Below, one piece after another: positions 13,503 to 27,443 of a stretch of 64,000 bases of DNA. The DNA is from Eledone cirrhosa. Lineage: Eukaryota. Position 1 is the first letter of the stretch. Each line of letters begins with the position of its first letter. Location of the stretch: NCBI GenBank assembly GCA_964016885.1, contig OZ024740.1, positions 315,208,001-315,272,000 of the forward strand, written 5' to 3'. Both the position numbers and the translations under genes were made by a program. A model generated the notes under the pieces. That model did no database searches. It saw only the letters and a list, made by a program, of their open reading frames with translations, and was not told where the DNA came from.

Positions 13503-16500
13503 CTTTCTTTTTATTTGCCACCAGGGCATCAAAAAGTGGGACAAGTACAATGGGGGGAGTTTACATAACAAGGCGTCCTCAATAAGGAGGAGGCAATAAC
13601 AAGATATAAAAATAAAATAAAATATAACAAAATAAATTTAATAACAAACTCCTCAATAGAGAGGAGGCGCCTTGGGGTTCGCACACACTCCCGAAAAAAA
13701 GTGTGCAACCCTTCTCTTTAGGAGCACAGAGAGGGGGTGCTCCCTTGATCTTTCATCTTCCTCACCTATAGTCTGATGTAGAGTGAAGGCCTATTCACAC
13801 GGGCCATTCTCGCCACTTTCACCCATCTTTCATAAAAACGGCTAGGGGGGGGGGGGGGGGGGGTGCAGCACCTCTCTCTCCATCCTGATCCTTCTTCCGA
13901 AATGATATCGGAAGAAACGGACCAGTTGTTAGCCAGAGAGAAAGGTGTCTGACCTCAGTCCTTTCAGACGCGTCCACCATACAACCTCTTTCGCCATGGC
14001 TATTACGCACAGAAACACCGCCTCTCCTTCGTTTTTGAAGAGGGGAGGCGGCTTGATAGGTTACAATAGACTCGGTGGTCAACCGGATCGGTCCCACCTT
14101 TGACAGCAGATGTTCGACATAGCCCCACAGATCGGCAATGCCCGAGCAGTGTACCAATGCGTGTGCAACGGTTTCCTCGTCGCACACGCATCTGGGACAG
14201 ATCTTTTTCGAGGGGTCCCTACCCGGGCGCCCGTGTCTGTAGAGCCTTTCTCGAACGGGCAGAGCCCCTCCGTAGCACTGCCAGGCCAGGGACCTCTGGA
14301 AGTTATCCATGGGTCCCGGGCTGAATGTCCTACCGAACAGGTTGGCCAGTTCGTCTTCCTCCATGCCTAGGGCTTCTCCGAGGGCGTCGTCGCATCTGCT
14401 AACCACCAGCCCTCTATAGAATGACGAGGTGGATTCTCCACTGACAGCCGGGTCCGCCTGCCAGAGAGCCGTGAGCGCCTGGGCACACTCGGTGTGCCAG
14501 GCGCCCAGTTTTCTCGGTCTTTGCTTGACCCAGGATTGCAGCTCGGTGAGTGAGACGAGTCGGAGAAAGGCACGCCTCACAAACGGGGCCCACACGGGTT
14601 GACCGGTGAGGAATACCTGGAGGTGCCGTAGCCTTAATGCGTGTTTACGTATCATTAGCCACGGCATCCCCAGCCCACCTTTTGAAGGGTGTTGACAGCA
14701 GATGGATATCCTCACCATAGGAGCCTTCTTCTTCCAAAGGAATTGGAAGAGTGCGCGCTCCATTTTGGCGAGCGTTTCCCTTGGGCAAGGCACAACGGTC
14801 AGGCGGTAGTAGATGACGGACGCTATATAAGTGTTCGCCACCTCCGCCCGACCTTTCAGGGACAGTTTGCACTCGGCCCACTTCTGGGTCAGTGCAAACA
14901 CCCTGTTCGTTACCTCACCCCAGTTCTTCTCCACCTGGAGGTCTGGTCCGAACCAGACCCCGAGCAACTTCACCGGGCCCCCCGTCCAGCGCCCGACGAC
15001 GCCATCGGAAGGCATCGATCTGCCCCTCCGCGTGCCGAGTTGCAGACCGATCGACTTGTCCCGGTTCAGCTTAGCCCCTGTAAACTTTTCTTACTCCTCC
15101 AGTAAGGTGCCGATCGCCCCGATTTCCGAGGCCGTCGACACCATTACTGTTACGTCATCGGCGTAGGCCGACACCGCTTTCCGCAATCCCGGTTCCAACG
15201 GGATGCCCTGCAACAATTCCAACTTCCGCAGCAGTGGCTCTAGAGTCATTACATACAGAAGGGAGGAGAGAGGGCACCCTTGTCGGATGGACCGCGCGAT
15301 TTCGAACGGCTCCGAGAGGTAGCCGTTCACCTTGACCCTAGAGCAGATGCGGCTGCTGTGCATGGCATTGATCCAGCCTCTGAAAACGGGTCCGAAGCCT
15401 GCCGCCGCTAGCACCGCATCCAGGTAACCATAATCGACCTTATCGAACGCCTTAGATTGATCCAAGTTGATCAGGGCCCCACCAAAGCCGGGTTCGTTCC
15501 CAACCCTCTCTATGATGTATCGCATGAGGTGGAGGTTGTCGTGGATGAACCTGGACGGGATAGCACATGTCTGCGCATATCCCACCATGTTGCCCACGAC
15601 AAGCGCCAACCTCTTTGCTAACACCTTGGCCAAAATCTGTAACTCTGTATTTAGCAGAGTTATGGGTCTGAAATTATTTATATCGTCCCCCTTGTTCTCG
15701 TCCTCCCTCACTAGCGTGACTACGCCCTTGGTCACAGCACAGGGAATTCTCCCCTTCTGTTGCCAGTTGCAGTAGACCGCCTCGGGGAGATCGGGGAACA
15801 AGTCCGGCATAGCTAGATATAGTTCGTATGGAAGACCATCGAGACCCGGGGATTTGCGTTTGCCGCATTGGCTCAGCACGTCCTCTATCTCAGCGGCTGA
15901 AATCGGCTCCTCGCAGGACTTCGCCTCCCTGTCCGAGAGACGCGGCAGGCCGTCGAGGTATGGACCGAAGTCCACTTCCCCAACCGGCTCCCCGCCCCTT
16001 CCGAACAATCTGGCAAAGTGCTTTTGAAAAGCCTCGCACATCTGCTTAGGCTCAAGGATCACCCGTCCATCCTGGTCTCGCAAAGACCGGATAGTGGATC
16101 TACTCCCTCTTTTGGCTTCTGTCACGCGGGCCCAGCTAACAGCTTTGGTCCCCTCGTTTCCCAGAGCACGTATTTTGCTTCGGACGATGCAGCCTTCGTG
16201 TTTCGCGTCGAAGAACTGGCACAGGGCCGTTCTCGACGCTAGCACTCTGGCCACGTCGCCGCTTCTAATTGCCTCTTCTACACTATCTATCAACTCCCTT
16301 TCCTTCCTATTTCTATTTGAGGCTAACTCCTTACTAAATTCTATAGAGACTACTCTAATCTCTCTTTTGAGAGATCCCCACCACCTGCTGTTGACGATGG
16401 CGCTCGTCAACCGCTCCTTAACTAAAGTGCTAAGCCGGTCCCTGTAAACCTTACTTGCCGGTAAGGAGAAGTTGAGCTTCCAGTAACCGGGTCCCTGTCT

Positions 16501-17125
16501 ATGCGTTCTGTCAAAGTTGACCATGCAGGTCATTAACTTGTGGTCTGAATAGCCAACCATGCGCATCCTTGGACAACTTAAAAAGTCCTTATCCTTATTT
16601 CTAACTAAGAACCTATCTAGGTACGACCTAGATGATCCGTTGGGTTTGCTCAAGTCCAGGTTGGCGCAGTCGGAAAATCTAGTCGATATCTATCGGCCAG
16701 GTCAAATCGACCGATTAGCCCTTTGAGGCTATTACACCCCTCTCTATCGGGACAGGCCCCTACGTAGTCCCAACGTGCATCTAGGATACCATTCCAGTCC
16801 CCCACTAATAGCAAGGAGCGGGACGTCCCTAGAAAAGTCTCCAGACGATGGAAGAAGTCCGGCCGCATTGACGCGAAAGGGCCGTAGACGGCTACCAACC
16901 TAAACGCTCCGCCTTCACCACTGCCAAAGTCCAGAACCACTATGCGACCCTCCGGGTCCAAATGTACCGTCTGTGTTGCGAGACCCAGATGTTTTTGCAG
17001 CAGAACGACAACCCACCCCCACCTCCGGGCTGACAGAGAGATGCGTGCATCTCAAAGTCATCAAAGGTGGGGGCCAGCTGTCGCACGTTGCTGATCCGGG
17101 CCTCGCAAATAACCATCACATATAT
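13501..17125 (-). mobile_element. 5'-truncated L1/Tx1-clade LINE (ORF2 pseudogene: APE endonuclease, RT, C-terminal Cys motif)
   Basis: APE motifs VGDWN, YLDRFLV, SDH. RT motifs KSPGLDG, FRPITLLN, LDQSKAFD, RQGCPLS, YADD. CPRC..ETVAHALVHC. Frameshift at ~16652, in-frame TAA at 15091-93, poly-C slip at ~13850. 3' end aataaaaagaaagtt joins (TA)n. Confidence 0.95.
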
Positions 17126-17143
17126 ACGTTGTGACCTGAGGTC

Positions 17144-17175
<32 letters not shown>

Positions 17176-17176
17176 T

Positions 17177-17271
<95 letters not shown>

Positions 17272-17298
17272 TATATATAATATATATATATATAATAT

Positions 17299-17367
<69 letters not shown>

Positions 17368-17968
17368 GAATGATCGAGTATCGAAAAATCGGCGCACGAG
17401 TTCACGATAAACAAAATTCGATATGAGCGGCAGAGTGCTCCATAATTTAGATAAATCAGAGCTATAACTATCGTTAAGATACCGTCACACACAGAACAAG
17501 TCTATAATCAACCGTACGATCGAAAATATGCGATCTGGAAGATTCGGGACACTGAGATAAAAAATCAATATATATATATATAATATATATATATATATTA
17601 TATATATATATATATAATATATATATATATAATATATATATATATAATATATATATATATATATAATATATATATATATATTATATATATATATATATAA
17701 TATATATATATATAATATATATATATATAATATATATATATATATATAATATATATATATATATATAATATATATATATATATATAATATATATATATAT
17801 ATATAATATTATATATATATATATTATATATATATATATATATATAATATTATATATATATATATAATATATATATATATAATATATATATATATATAAT
17901 ATATATATATATAATATGATATATATATAATATTATATAATATATATATATATAATATTATATATATA

Positions 17969-18016
<48 letters not shown>

Positions 18017-18053
18017 TATATATACATATATCTGTGTGTGCGTGTGTCTTAGT

Positions 18054-18304
18054 GGAGGCATGTGGCCTAGTGGTAAGCGTGTTGGACTTATGATCATAAT
18101 GTCGTGGGTTCGATTCCTAGACTCGGTTTTGTGTTGTGTTCTTAGCAAAACACTTCATTTCACAATGCTCCAGTATACTGAGACTTAATCCTGCAATAGA
18201 TTGGCGTCTTGCCCAGGGGCTGTCATGTACTCTCAATCGCTTCACACCACGAAACTCGGTATAAACACCGGCCTGATGAGCCACGGGGCTCTCTCCAATG
18301 AGAC
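18054..18304 (+). mobile_element. SINE family A
   Basis: tggcctagtgg / ggttcgattcc; homologous to 846-1126. Confidence 0.85.
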
Positions 18305-18377
18305 CTGCCTACAGGCAAATTGTAAATAATATATAATAAAATAAAATCGTTCATTTATATATAATAAATAATATAAT

Positions 18378-18559
18378 TGTTTCTACTTTTTTGGCACAAG
18401 GCCAGCAATTATCCAGTACATTACTGGTACTTTATTTTATCGACCCCGTAAGGATGAAAGGCAAAGTGAACCTCGGCGGGATTTGAACTCAGACCGTAAA
18501 GGGACGTAACTATGCTGGAAAGCATGGCGTCCGACTCTCTACTGATACTGCCAATCCAC
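18378..18559 (-). mobile_element. SINE family C
   Basis: Near full-length reverse complement of 8245-8437. Confidence 0.9.
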
Positions 18560-18740
18560 AAATAATATAATATATACTATGTATAAATAAATATATATTT
18601 TTTATTTTACTATATGTATATATAACATGTATCATTTGATATTTAATATACTATTATATCATCTCTACTGCACCCCCGCCCCCAGTGCCCTCTTATGCCC
18701 CAGCTCCCCCTGAACCTCCCCCCCCCCGGTCGCGGTAGCA

Positions 18741-18758
18741 CCCACTTTGAGAACCTCT
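18741..18758 (-). mobile_element. hAT-like terminal inverted repeat remnant
   Basis: Reverse complement CAGAGGTTCTCAAAGTGG resembles hAT/Charlie-type ends. No partner TIR was found. Confidence 0.4.
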
Positions 18759-19047
18759 GCTTTAGATATATAATCTACATTTAGTAGCACAGAAGCATGA
18801 GGTGACAAAACATTTTGTATTACATGAATACTGACAATGAGGAAAACATAAACGATGTAGTTTGGGTTTATGAGTTAGAATACTTAAGCCATGTTAGGTC
18901 CTTGCCAGTTGTGTGTCACATAGTGACAATAGCATGGATGAAAGGAGACCAAAATTCAATGAAGTACTTACAGAGAGAGAGAGAGATGGGGGAGGGAGAG
19001 CGGATAGAGATGAAGAAAGGTTGTTGTGTGTGTATGTGTAGGTATAA

Positions 19048-19196
19048 GGCCGAGAATTGGCAGAGTGTCGGACAGAATGCTTTATGGTATTCGTTCCGAC
19101 TCTCTGCCCTCTGAGTTCAAATCCCACCGAGGTCAATTTTGCCTTTCATCCTTTCGAGGTCGATAAACAAATACCAGTCTAGTACTGGGGTCAATT
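19048..19196 (+). mobile_element. SINE family C (diverged)
   Basis: gagttcaaatccc..tttgcctttcatcctttcgaggtcgataaa. Confidence 0.8.
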
Positions 19197-20033
19197 CTTC
19201 CGCTCTCTGGATAAAATCTGCTGTATTCATACTTGTATTCAGATGCTCTCCGCCAGGTTCAAAAATGCCGGAGAAACGCCGTATGTCAATACGGCGCCCC
19301 TACGACTGTATCAGGAGTTACGGTGGGGGATAGGTATATTATATAAATTTATAACATCAATATTGTTATGTATATTAAATACTAGAATATTTGTTTGTAT
19401 TTCTTTCGACAAATCACAGAGACCTACTATCTTAGGTGGAGCCAGTAATGTTGATATGCTCAGGTTTCCCATGTCATTTGCTAGTTAAGGGGAAATGAAG
19501 AATTGAATGTGCTATATTGACTCGGTGTGAGAACGTGGTAGGTACTGATTTTCAAGGCTGGAATAACCATTAAACTAAATGCCGTGTATTGAACTCGTAT
19601 TGAGTGCTCTGTAATTGTTTAATTATTTAACGGCAGCCAATGATATCACAACCACGTGTTTCAAGTGTGCTTTTTTTTGTGTCTATATATTATGCTTCAG
19701 CTAAACAGGAGGATCACAATTCTATCCAACAGGTTCGAAGTACAGGTTTTAAGGACTACGTAATTCTTTCTGTCGCCACGGAATTACGTTCAGGGTTATT
19801 GTTACATCCTCGCTTCAGTTCAACAGTTTATTGTGCTTCATTGAGTCAAAATAGAAATTTGTAAATTACTGTTCCTTGTTCAATTACCTAGGGCATCAAT
19901 ACCTAGGGCATCAAGAAAGGTGAGGCACCATTTTATTCAAATTAATTACATTTGTCATAAAAAGTAAACAAACAAAGCATCTTTGTGGCATATTTTATAA
20001 ATGGGGTGGAGAACCATAATCTTTTATGTGATT

Positions 20034-20063
20034 GAGGCCTAAAAAGGACTTAATCCGGCCCTG
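20034..20063 (-). mobile_element. hAT-like terminal inverted repeat remnant
   Basis: Reverse complement CAGGGCCGGATTAAG. Confidence 0.4.
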
Positions 20064-20232
20064 CTTGTTTTGCAGTAATGAGTAAATCTGGCCAATAAAA
20101 CGCTGGTGTTATACAGATATAGAAATAAGATGCAAATATTCAGAACAATGAAAAGTTTTAATCCATAGCCCCAGGTAATAAACGGTTACTCACACACAGT
20201 TGTGTGCACATACACACACACAGGCATGAAAT

Positions 20233-20306
<74 letters not shown>

Positions 20307-20314
20307 ACACACTC

Positions 20315-20350
<36 letters not shown>

Positions 20351-20407
20351 ACATACAGACAATACACACACACATATATATATATATATATTATATATTT
20401 TTTTATT

Positions 20408-20542
20408 ATTTAATTACATAATAAACAACACAATATAATTATTCCGTTACCAAAGGTTTCAAGAAACTAGACGATTCTTACAGAAACGTCTAGCCCGTTG
20501 GTAATGGAACAATTATATTGTTATTTATTATGTAATTAAATA
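20408..20542. repeat. Fold-back inverted repeat, PLE-type
   Basis: Arms ~20408-20453 and 20498-20542; gaaacgtc in the loop. Confidence 0.7.
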
Positions 20543-20688
20543 GCTCTGTACAATACATAGAGCACTCTTTCCTTTACCTTTTCTACGGAAATACTTAAAG
20601 TATATAGTATGTTATAATTATTATTAGTAATATTAGTAAGCTGAGAGAATGTGAATTAACAGAAACCTAGATAAAACAGTAAGAATAA

Positions 20689-20724
<36 letters not shown>

Positions 20725-21464
20725 CAGTAGTTTACAAATTGATTCTTTTCATTTGAAAAGAATTGCCGACTCCGACAATTGTAGATTTTATTTTGTATCT
20801 ATTGCATAGAAATTTACAGACGTTTGGTTGGGTGCACTCGCAACAGAAGATCAATAGTTTAAAGCAGTATTGAAACTTTTTTTTTTTTCTGAAGGAAACC
20901 ACATACAATTTTGGAGACTTTATCCATTAGGAAAATACGTGCAGCAGACGATAAATGAAGGAAAGCCTAACGACAGTGATCGTCTGCTTCATTGAGTTGT
21001 TAATAGGACGTATAGAATCCATACGTGCATCTATAATTAATTACCATTACGTTTGTGTGTGTCTGTATGTGTGTTTATATATGTGTGTGCATGCGTGTGT
21101 GTTTGTCTCTGTGTGTATTATTGTGGGTAGGGTATTACTTTGAATATATATATATATATATACATACATATATATACACTCATATATATATATATATAAT
21201 TAAAGTTGTATCTGCATATATACAGAGCGTGTAACCGAGACTGCACCAACATGTATAAATATATACACATATCTAATTAGTAGACACATCTTACTATATA
21301 TATATATATATATGTATACATGCATATACATATACACTACAACACATACTGATAAGTGCGTTTGTGTGTGTATATTTGTTTTTAATGTATATATTAAGTT
21401 TACGTGTATAAAAAAGTTATACTGACACGTATAAACACGTATAAACACGTATACATACATACAT

Positions 21465-21517
21465 GATGATGATGATGGCTGCCCCTTGTTATCGAGTATG
21501 GCCATTGCACGATATAA
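21465..21517 (-). mobile_element. RTE-type 3' tail fragment
   Basis: tggccatactcgataacaaggggcagccatcatcatcatc, similar to the tail at 21712-21750. Confidence 0.55.
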
Positions 21518-21711
21518 CATTATTAATTATTATCAATTCATGACACTGTGTAATGCCAGTGTGTGAAGATTTTTTTTTAAGTGAGGAAAGAATGTGCACT
21601 GAGCCAATCCCACTCTCTGAGCGACAGTTGCTATAACCCGAAAATAAGAACATACATGCATGCATACATACATACATACATACATACATACATACATACA
21701 TACATACATAC

Positions 21712-22301
21712 ATGGTGGCTGCCAACTCGTTTTCGAGTACGGCCACTACTTTATATCCATGTAGGAGAACCCCTACCGATGCGCTGAACGGGTGTGACTT
21801 TTTAGTCCAGCCAGCGACTTGAAAACTCTGGTACAAACACTACACTTGTGACAATTATTGACACATAGTGCTGGGCCCATGGTACAGAGAGATCTCCAGA
21901 TATAAAGCAATGCCTGTGCCGTGAAGCTTTTATAGTGAGCAAAGGCACTGCACAAAGCCAGTGCCACTCTCTTAACCAAGATGATATTTACCAAAAAGAA
22001 CAAGTCGATATCATTGGTTACCATGAGGGTTGCAGGTGTTATATCAGAGTTTTCCTTCTCCTAGAATTCTGCCTTGACAAAGGCTAAGGGGTCATCTCTC
22101 CCGGTGATTTTGGATGGCCATTAACTCTTAAGAGCTCCTTTGCCCTTTGACAGGTTTTGTTTTTAGTCCTGCAGGATGTCCAAAGTCACCCTCCTCGCCA
22201 AGAAACCTTGGTGGGGTTGCCAGTTTAGTCGCCAACGACCCGACCATGAGACAGGTTGTATTGGGATACATGTTACCAGTAGCACCAACTGGTGACCTGA
22301 C
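21712..22301 (-). mobile_element. Internally deleted (bipartite) RTE-type element in (CATA)n
   Basis: RTE-like 5' UTR (gcgactaaactggcaacccca...ggagaaggaaaactctg) joined to a C-terminal C2H2-like CSVCTRVFKSLAGLKSHTRSAH* and tail tggccgtactcgaaaacgag. (CATA)n on both sides. Confidence 0.65.
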
Positions 22302-22586
22302 ATACATACATACATACATACATACATACATACATACATACATACATACATACATACATACATACATACATACATACATACACACATACATACACACATA
22401 CATACATACATAAATGCTGCTGCTGTTATTAGTAGTGTGGTTATTGTTGTTTATAGTAAGTAAGCCGATGAAGCTATGACCATCTCCAAAATGTTCTAAA
22501 AGTATAGTATGTCAAAGATGGACTGCCTTGTTAGTTTCGTATATGTACGAAATGCATCGATAAGAATGTACAACACTCTTTCTTCA

Positions 22587-22677
<91 letters not shown>

Positions 22678-22797
22678 GTAGAACACTGGACGGTAATATC
22701 CGTAGTGGTAGAGTACTCAGTCCGAGGGACAAGTTAGGTAGAAGTGATTACACAACAGTTAGTACACCATGCCGAGAACTAACTGTTATGTAACCAC

Positions 22798-22868
<71 letters not shown>

Positions 22869-23154
22869 GGGAAGAAAGAGGAATACTGCGTGGTTGCACA
22901 GGGGTTACATATTATAAAGTTAGTCCCTCATCAGTGATTTGCCAACCATCATTGGTATTTCATCGCATTAAAAATCATATACCTCAGGTTGGTGCGAGCA
23001 ATAACTAAAGTAAGCTATTGGGACAAGTGAATCGCGTAAAGCGAGTGAGACAAGTAAACAACATAGAAGGAAAAGCAAACCGAAGATAAGAAAAAAGCAA
23101 GCAACATGGTTATCCGGTCAGCATAAGCTGGGTGAATTTCATGAGCGGTCAGAA

Positions 23155-23191
<37 letters not shown>

Positions 23192-23452
23192 TATATATGT
23201 ATTTATGTATGTATAATACGTATGTATAATATGTAGTTATGTATAATATCTATGTATGTATAATATATATATATGTATATATAATATACATATGTATGTA
23301 TAATATATATATATATGTATGTATAATATATATATGTATGTATAATACATATATATATATGTATGTAGTATAATATATATATGTATGTATAATATCTATA
23401 TATATATATATATGTATGTATGTATGTATAATATATATACGTATGTATAATA

Positions 23453-23522
<70 letters not shown>

Positions 23523-23527
23523 CATTA

Positions 23528-23684
23528 TACAAGGACGATTTTTTAAGCCTTCATTACGTTTATCGATTGATGACGCGCGTTTCGCTATTGATCAGCTCGA
23601 GGTTCGATCTGTATCGATCTGGCCCGACTCTAGAATTAAAAGGTCATCAATAAATGTAATGAAGGCTTAACAAATCATCTTGTA
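23528..23684. mobile_element. Fold-back insert with hammerhead 3' half
   Basis: Arms ~23528-23575 and 23643-23684. Minus strand GAAACGCGCGTC, the palindromic stem III form typical of PLE hammerheads. Confidence 0.65.
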
Positions 23685-23693
23685 TTATTATAT

Positions 23694-23875
23694 TGGATTG
23701 GCAGTATCGCTAGAGGGTCGGACGCCATGCTTTAACGCATAGAGTTACAGCCCTTTCCAATCTGAGTTCAAATCCCGCCGAGGTTAACTTTGCCTTTCAT
23801 CCTTACGGGGTCGATAAAATAAAGTACCAGTAATGTACTGGGTAATTGCTGGCCTTGTGCCAAAAGTAGAAACAA
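23694..23875 (+). mobile_element. SINE family C
   Basis: Full head ggattggcagtatcg, B box, central domain and tail. Confidence 0.9.
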
Positions 23876-23983
23876 TTATTATATTACACTCTGTCTCGCT
23901 CTACACCTCGCCACTGACGTGAACCTAAACATCGACGAGTGCTCACCTGAGGGAACCTTCAGTTACTTCATGTTACACTCCCT

Positions 23984-24026
<43 letters not shown>

Positions 24027-24030
<4 letters not shown>

Positions 24031-24154
24031 AACCAGTAAGACCCCGACAGCTGAGCTCAGCTGTCGGGGTCTTACTGGTTCCTATTACCCACTCAAGTAT
24101 TGAGTACTTTGGTGCGTTATGGTCCACCTGGTTCCTTACCACATTTCCTTCGTT
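24027..24154 (+). mobile_element. Fold-back family F copy
   Basis: Perfect palindrome 24027-24084 centred on GAGCTC, then the family tail ttgagtac..ttccttcgtt. In (TA)n. Confidence 0.85.
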
Positions 24155-24216
24155 ATATATATATATATATATATATATGAAAATTAATAACGGATTTATT
24201 AACATGGAATTACCAT

Positions 24217-24250
<34 letters not shown>

Positions 24251-25056
24251 GATGTGTGTGGAAAGCGAAATAAATTATTTCCTTTAGTTTTACAATGTTT
24301 AAGAATGAGTGGAAGGTTATATCTATATATATCCATATTTAGTAAGAAGTTATTTTGGGAACTAAAATATATTTATATATTTAAACAATGAAAAATTGGT
24401 TCCAAGTTAAATTGTATCCGAGTGAAATTTAAATCAGAATATTTAACGAGTTAAGCGTTATATAAAAGAGAAAATATAGAAATGATAGGATTTGGGGATA
24501 TAGTTGGCAATTTTATCCATTTTCTGAGCTATATTTTACTTCTCGATCTCATATTCTGATAATGAATAACTGCTCGATATATGTTAAATGTTAAAGTAAA
24601 TGAATACAATTCGAAAATAGTGTTCTGGATTGAATTGTAGAAAATAAAGATGGCGACTTATAACGTCAAATAAACGGCCATTTGCAAAAGAAAAATATCA
24701 AAAAAAAAGAAGAAAGTATTCGAATTGTAAAATTGGCTCAAAACTTAATTAAGTAAAAATATTTTTAACATAAAGCGTGTTTATTGAGTGTTCGTGATTC
24801 CAAACTTTTACTTTGAATCTATGAGTTTGTTTTAAGTATAGAAATATATTAAGAAAGCTGAAAATATTAATAGTAACAAAGTAATAAATATAGATATTTA
24901 ATGAAACGAAGGAAAAGTCGATAAAATTACCAAAAATAGAATTAGTGTGTGTGGAGGGAGACAAGAAATGATTTTCTATTAGTCTTACAATATCTAAGAA
25001 TATATATATATAAGGTTAGCAATTGTCTATCACCTTTCTCTCTCTCTCTCTCTCTC

Positions 25057-25122
<66 letters not shown>

Positions 25123-25124
25123 CA

Positions 25125-25155
<31 letters not shown>

Positions 25156-25487
25156 TTACATGTTTACTTATATACGCGTTCACGCACGCACACATACACA
25201 CACACACACGTATATATATATATATGAATGTGTTGTGTGTAGTCAAGGCGCTTTGCCTAGTGGTTATGGTGTTGGACTCACACTCATGTGTATATATATA
25301 TATATATATACATGCGTGCGTGTGACCACAGTTAAAGGTGGTTCGTCATCCAAGCACTCGATGCTGTTACAAGCTCTGTCACGTATGGGGTTGTATCCCA
25401 GAGTTAAGGAAAGTTGTAGCAAGCAGAGTGTAAACAAACGCAAGTACGATGGAAGTCAGTATTGCAGCATATATAAAAACCTTATTT

Positions 25488-25578
25488 CACATATTACAAT
25501 CGTTTCAATATAGATCAGCTCAGGGTACACTCATAATGACCATGGTCCAGCCCTTCCTCGATATCTCATCAAATATGC
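25488..25578 (-). ncRNA. Degenerate hammerhead with long stem II insertion
   Basis: CATAT-TTGATGA-GATAT..(~50 nt)..ATATT-GAAA-CGATTG-TA-ATATG. Confidence 0.5.
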
Positions 25579-25669
25579 GAATACTTTGAATATATATCAA
25601 CAACATTCGATCGACTTTCGTCAAATCGGACCGAGGAAACAATGTTTCCATTGGTCTTTCCAATTGCTG

Positions 25670-25700
<31 letters not shown>

Positions 25701-25711
25701 TAACAGATTAA

Positions 25712-25762
25712 AGTTTAAGCAAAGAATCGCTGCTTTCACCCTTAACGGGATCTTCTGAAACT
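25712..25762 (-). ncRNA. Hammerhead variant H2 (CAGAAGA core)
   Basis: AGTTT-CAGAAGA-TCCC-GTTAA-GGGT-GAAA-GCA-GCGATTCTT-TGC-TT-AAACT. Second copy at 37731-37783. Confidence 0.65.
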
Positions 25763-25767
25763 ATTGC

Positions 25768-25886
<119 letters not shown>

Positions 25887-26285
25887 TCTGCAGGCAAGAT
25901 GGCATTTCGTGACATACCTCAATACCTTCACCTCTTCTTTGAGCTGAGTTTATATCAAAAAGTTCTGTTTGACTTACAATATTTGCAAGAGATGACATGT
26001 TGTTTTTGGTGTGGTTTGGTCGATGCTACACACACTCCGGATACTGTTGTTGTTTTTTTATTTAATTTAAATTAATGATTTCAAAATTATTCTTTTTGTG
26101 TCTTCCATTGTCTAAGTTCTGGCAATTTGTTTAACGTTTATATCTTGCTTTCTTTCTATTTTCTTGCTTGATTATAATCAGAGGGCGTATTTGTTTATGT
26201 TATTGAGGCTATAGCTAGTTCCAATGTTGCAAACACCTTTTCCTGCTATTTTTGATGCGGCTATCTTGTAATATAAACAATGATG

Positions 26286-26578
26286 CAAATGGCTAGTTGA
26301 CAAAATAAATATATAGACAGTTAAAACTACATAAGGACCACCCTCACACTTGAAGCCCAAATAAAAAAGTAAACCTTGGACCTTCAAACAATCGGAAAGC
26401 CTCCTGTTTTTTTTGTTTTGTATTTTTTTTAACTGAAACACAAATGGCTATTTGATAAAATAAATATATAGATAGTTAAAACTATATAAGGACCACCCTT
26501 ACTTGAAGAGAGTAAACCTTGTACCTTCAAACAATCGGAAGGGCTCCCGATTTTTTTTTTTTTTTTACTGAAATACAA
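26286..26578. repeat. Diverged ~150-bp tandem duplication
   Basis: caaatggcta..aaaataaatatataga..taaggaccaccct..ccttcaaacaatcggaa occurs twice. Confidence 0.85.
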
Positions 26579-26618
26579 TATACTTTCAAGTTAAAACTTT
26601 AACAACAATAGTAATAAT

Positions 26619-27032
26619 GGTTTCTGATTTATGCAGATGGTCAGCTATTTTGGGGGAGGGGGAAAGTCGTTTAAATCGACCCCAGTGTACAACTGGTACT
26701 TTATTTTATCGACCCCGTAAGGATGAAAGACAAAGTTTACCTCGGCGGGAGTTAAACTTAAAACCTAAAGAGCCGTTACGAAATACGGAAGGCATTTTGT
26801 CTAATTGCCTAATGATTCTGCCAGTCAGCTACCATAATAATTGCTTCTAAATTAGACATAAATCAGTGTTTTTGAGAGGGGGAGATTAAATCGACCCGAT
26901 CACTTGACTAATAATACTTTATTCTATCCACCTCGGAAGGATGAAAGACAAATTTGAACTCAGACCGTAAAGAAGCGGAACAAATAGTACTAAGTAGTTA
27001 TCTAACACTCAAACGACTCTGCCAATCCACCA
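26619..27032 (-). mobile_element. Two tandem SINE family C copies
   Basis: atcgaccccgtaaggatgaaag at 26708; ggatgaaagacaaatttgaactcag at 26939. Confidence 0.8.
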
Positions 27033-27402
27033 GCACCACCACTACCACCACCACCATAGTAATAATTTCTTTTATCACCACAAAAGCGCTGCATGTGGAA
27101 CGCTGCAGCGTTGGTGTTCTGACAGTCATTGATCCTTTAGATAACTTATGTGTAAACACGGAATCTTTACACCCTGCATGAGCCGGGTATCAGTTGACTC
27201 GCTAAAAGATAAATTGACAGCTGGAGTTGATACATACATCCATATTTATAAGTGGTGGGGTGGTTCGATGGTGGTGTAGTTGGGTGGTTGGATGATGGAG
27301 TGGTAGGGTGGTTTGGTGGATAATAGATTTCACTGTCTACCTTCTCACACGTTTATATATACGATTTATACGCATAACTAATGCTGGATGAAATTAAATA
27401 CT

Positions 27403-27443
<41 letters not shown>

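Noticed and set aside
18273-18291. CTGATGAG in the SINE tail as a hammerhead
   Set aside because: No GAAA follows the stem; it is better explained as the SINE 3' stem-loop.
24646-24682. YY1-like AAGATGGCG / GGCCATTT as a promoter or start site
   Set aside because: The ATG frame stops after 7 codons and there is no other support.
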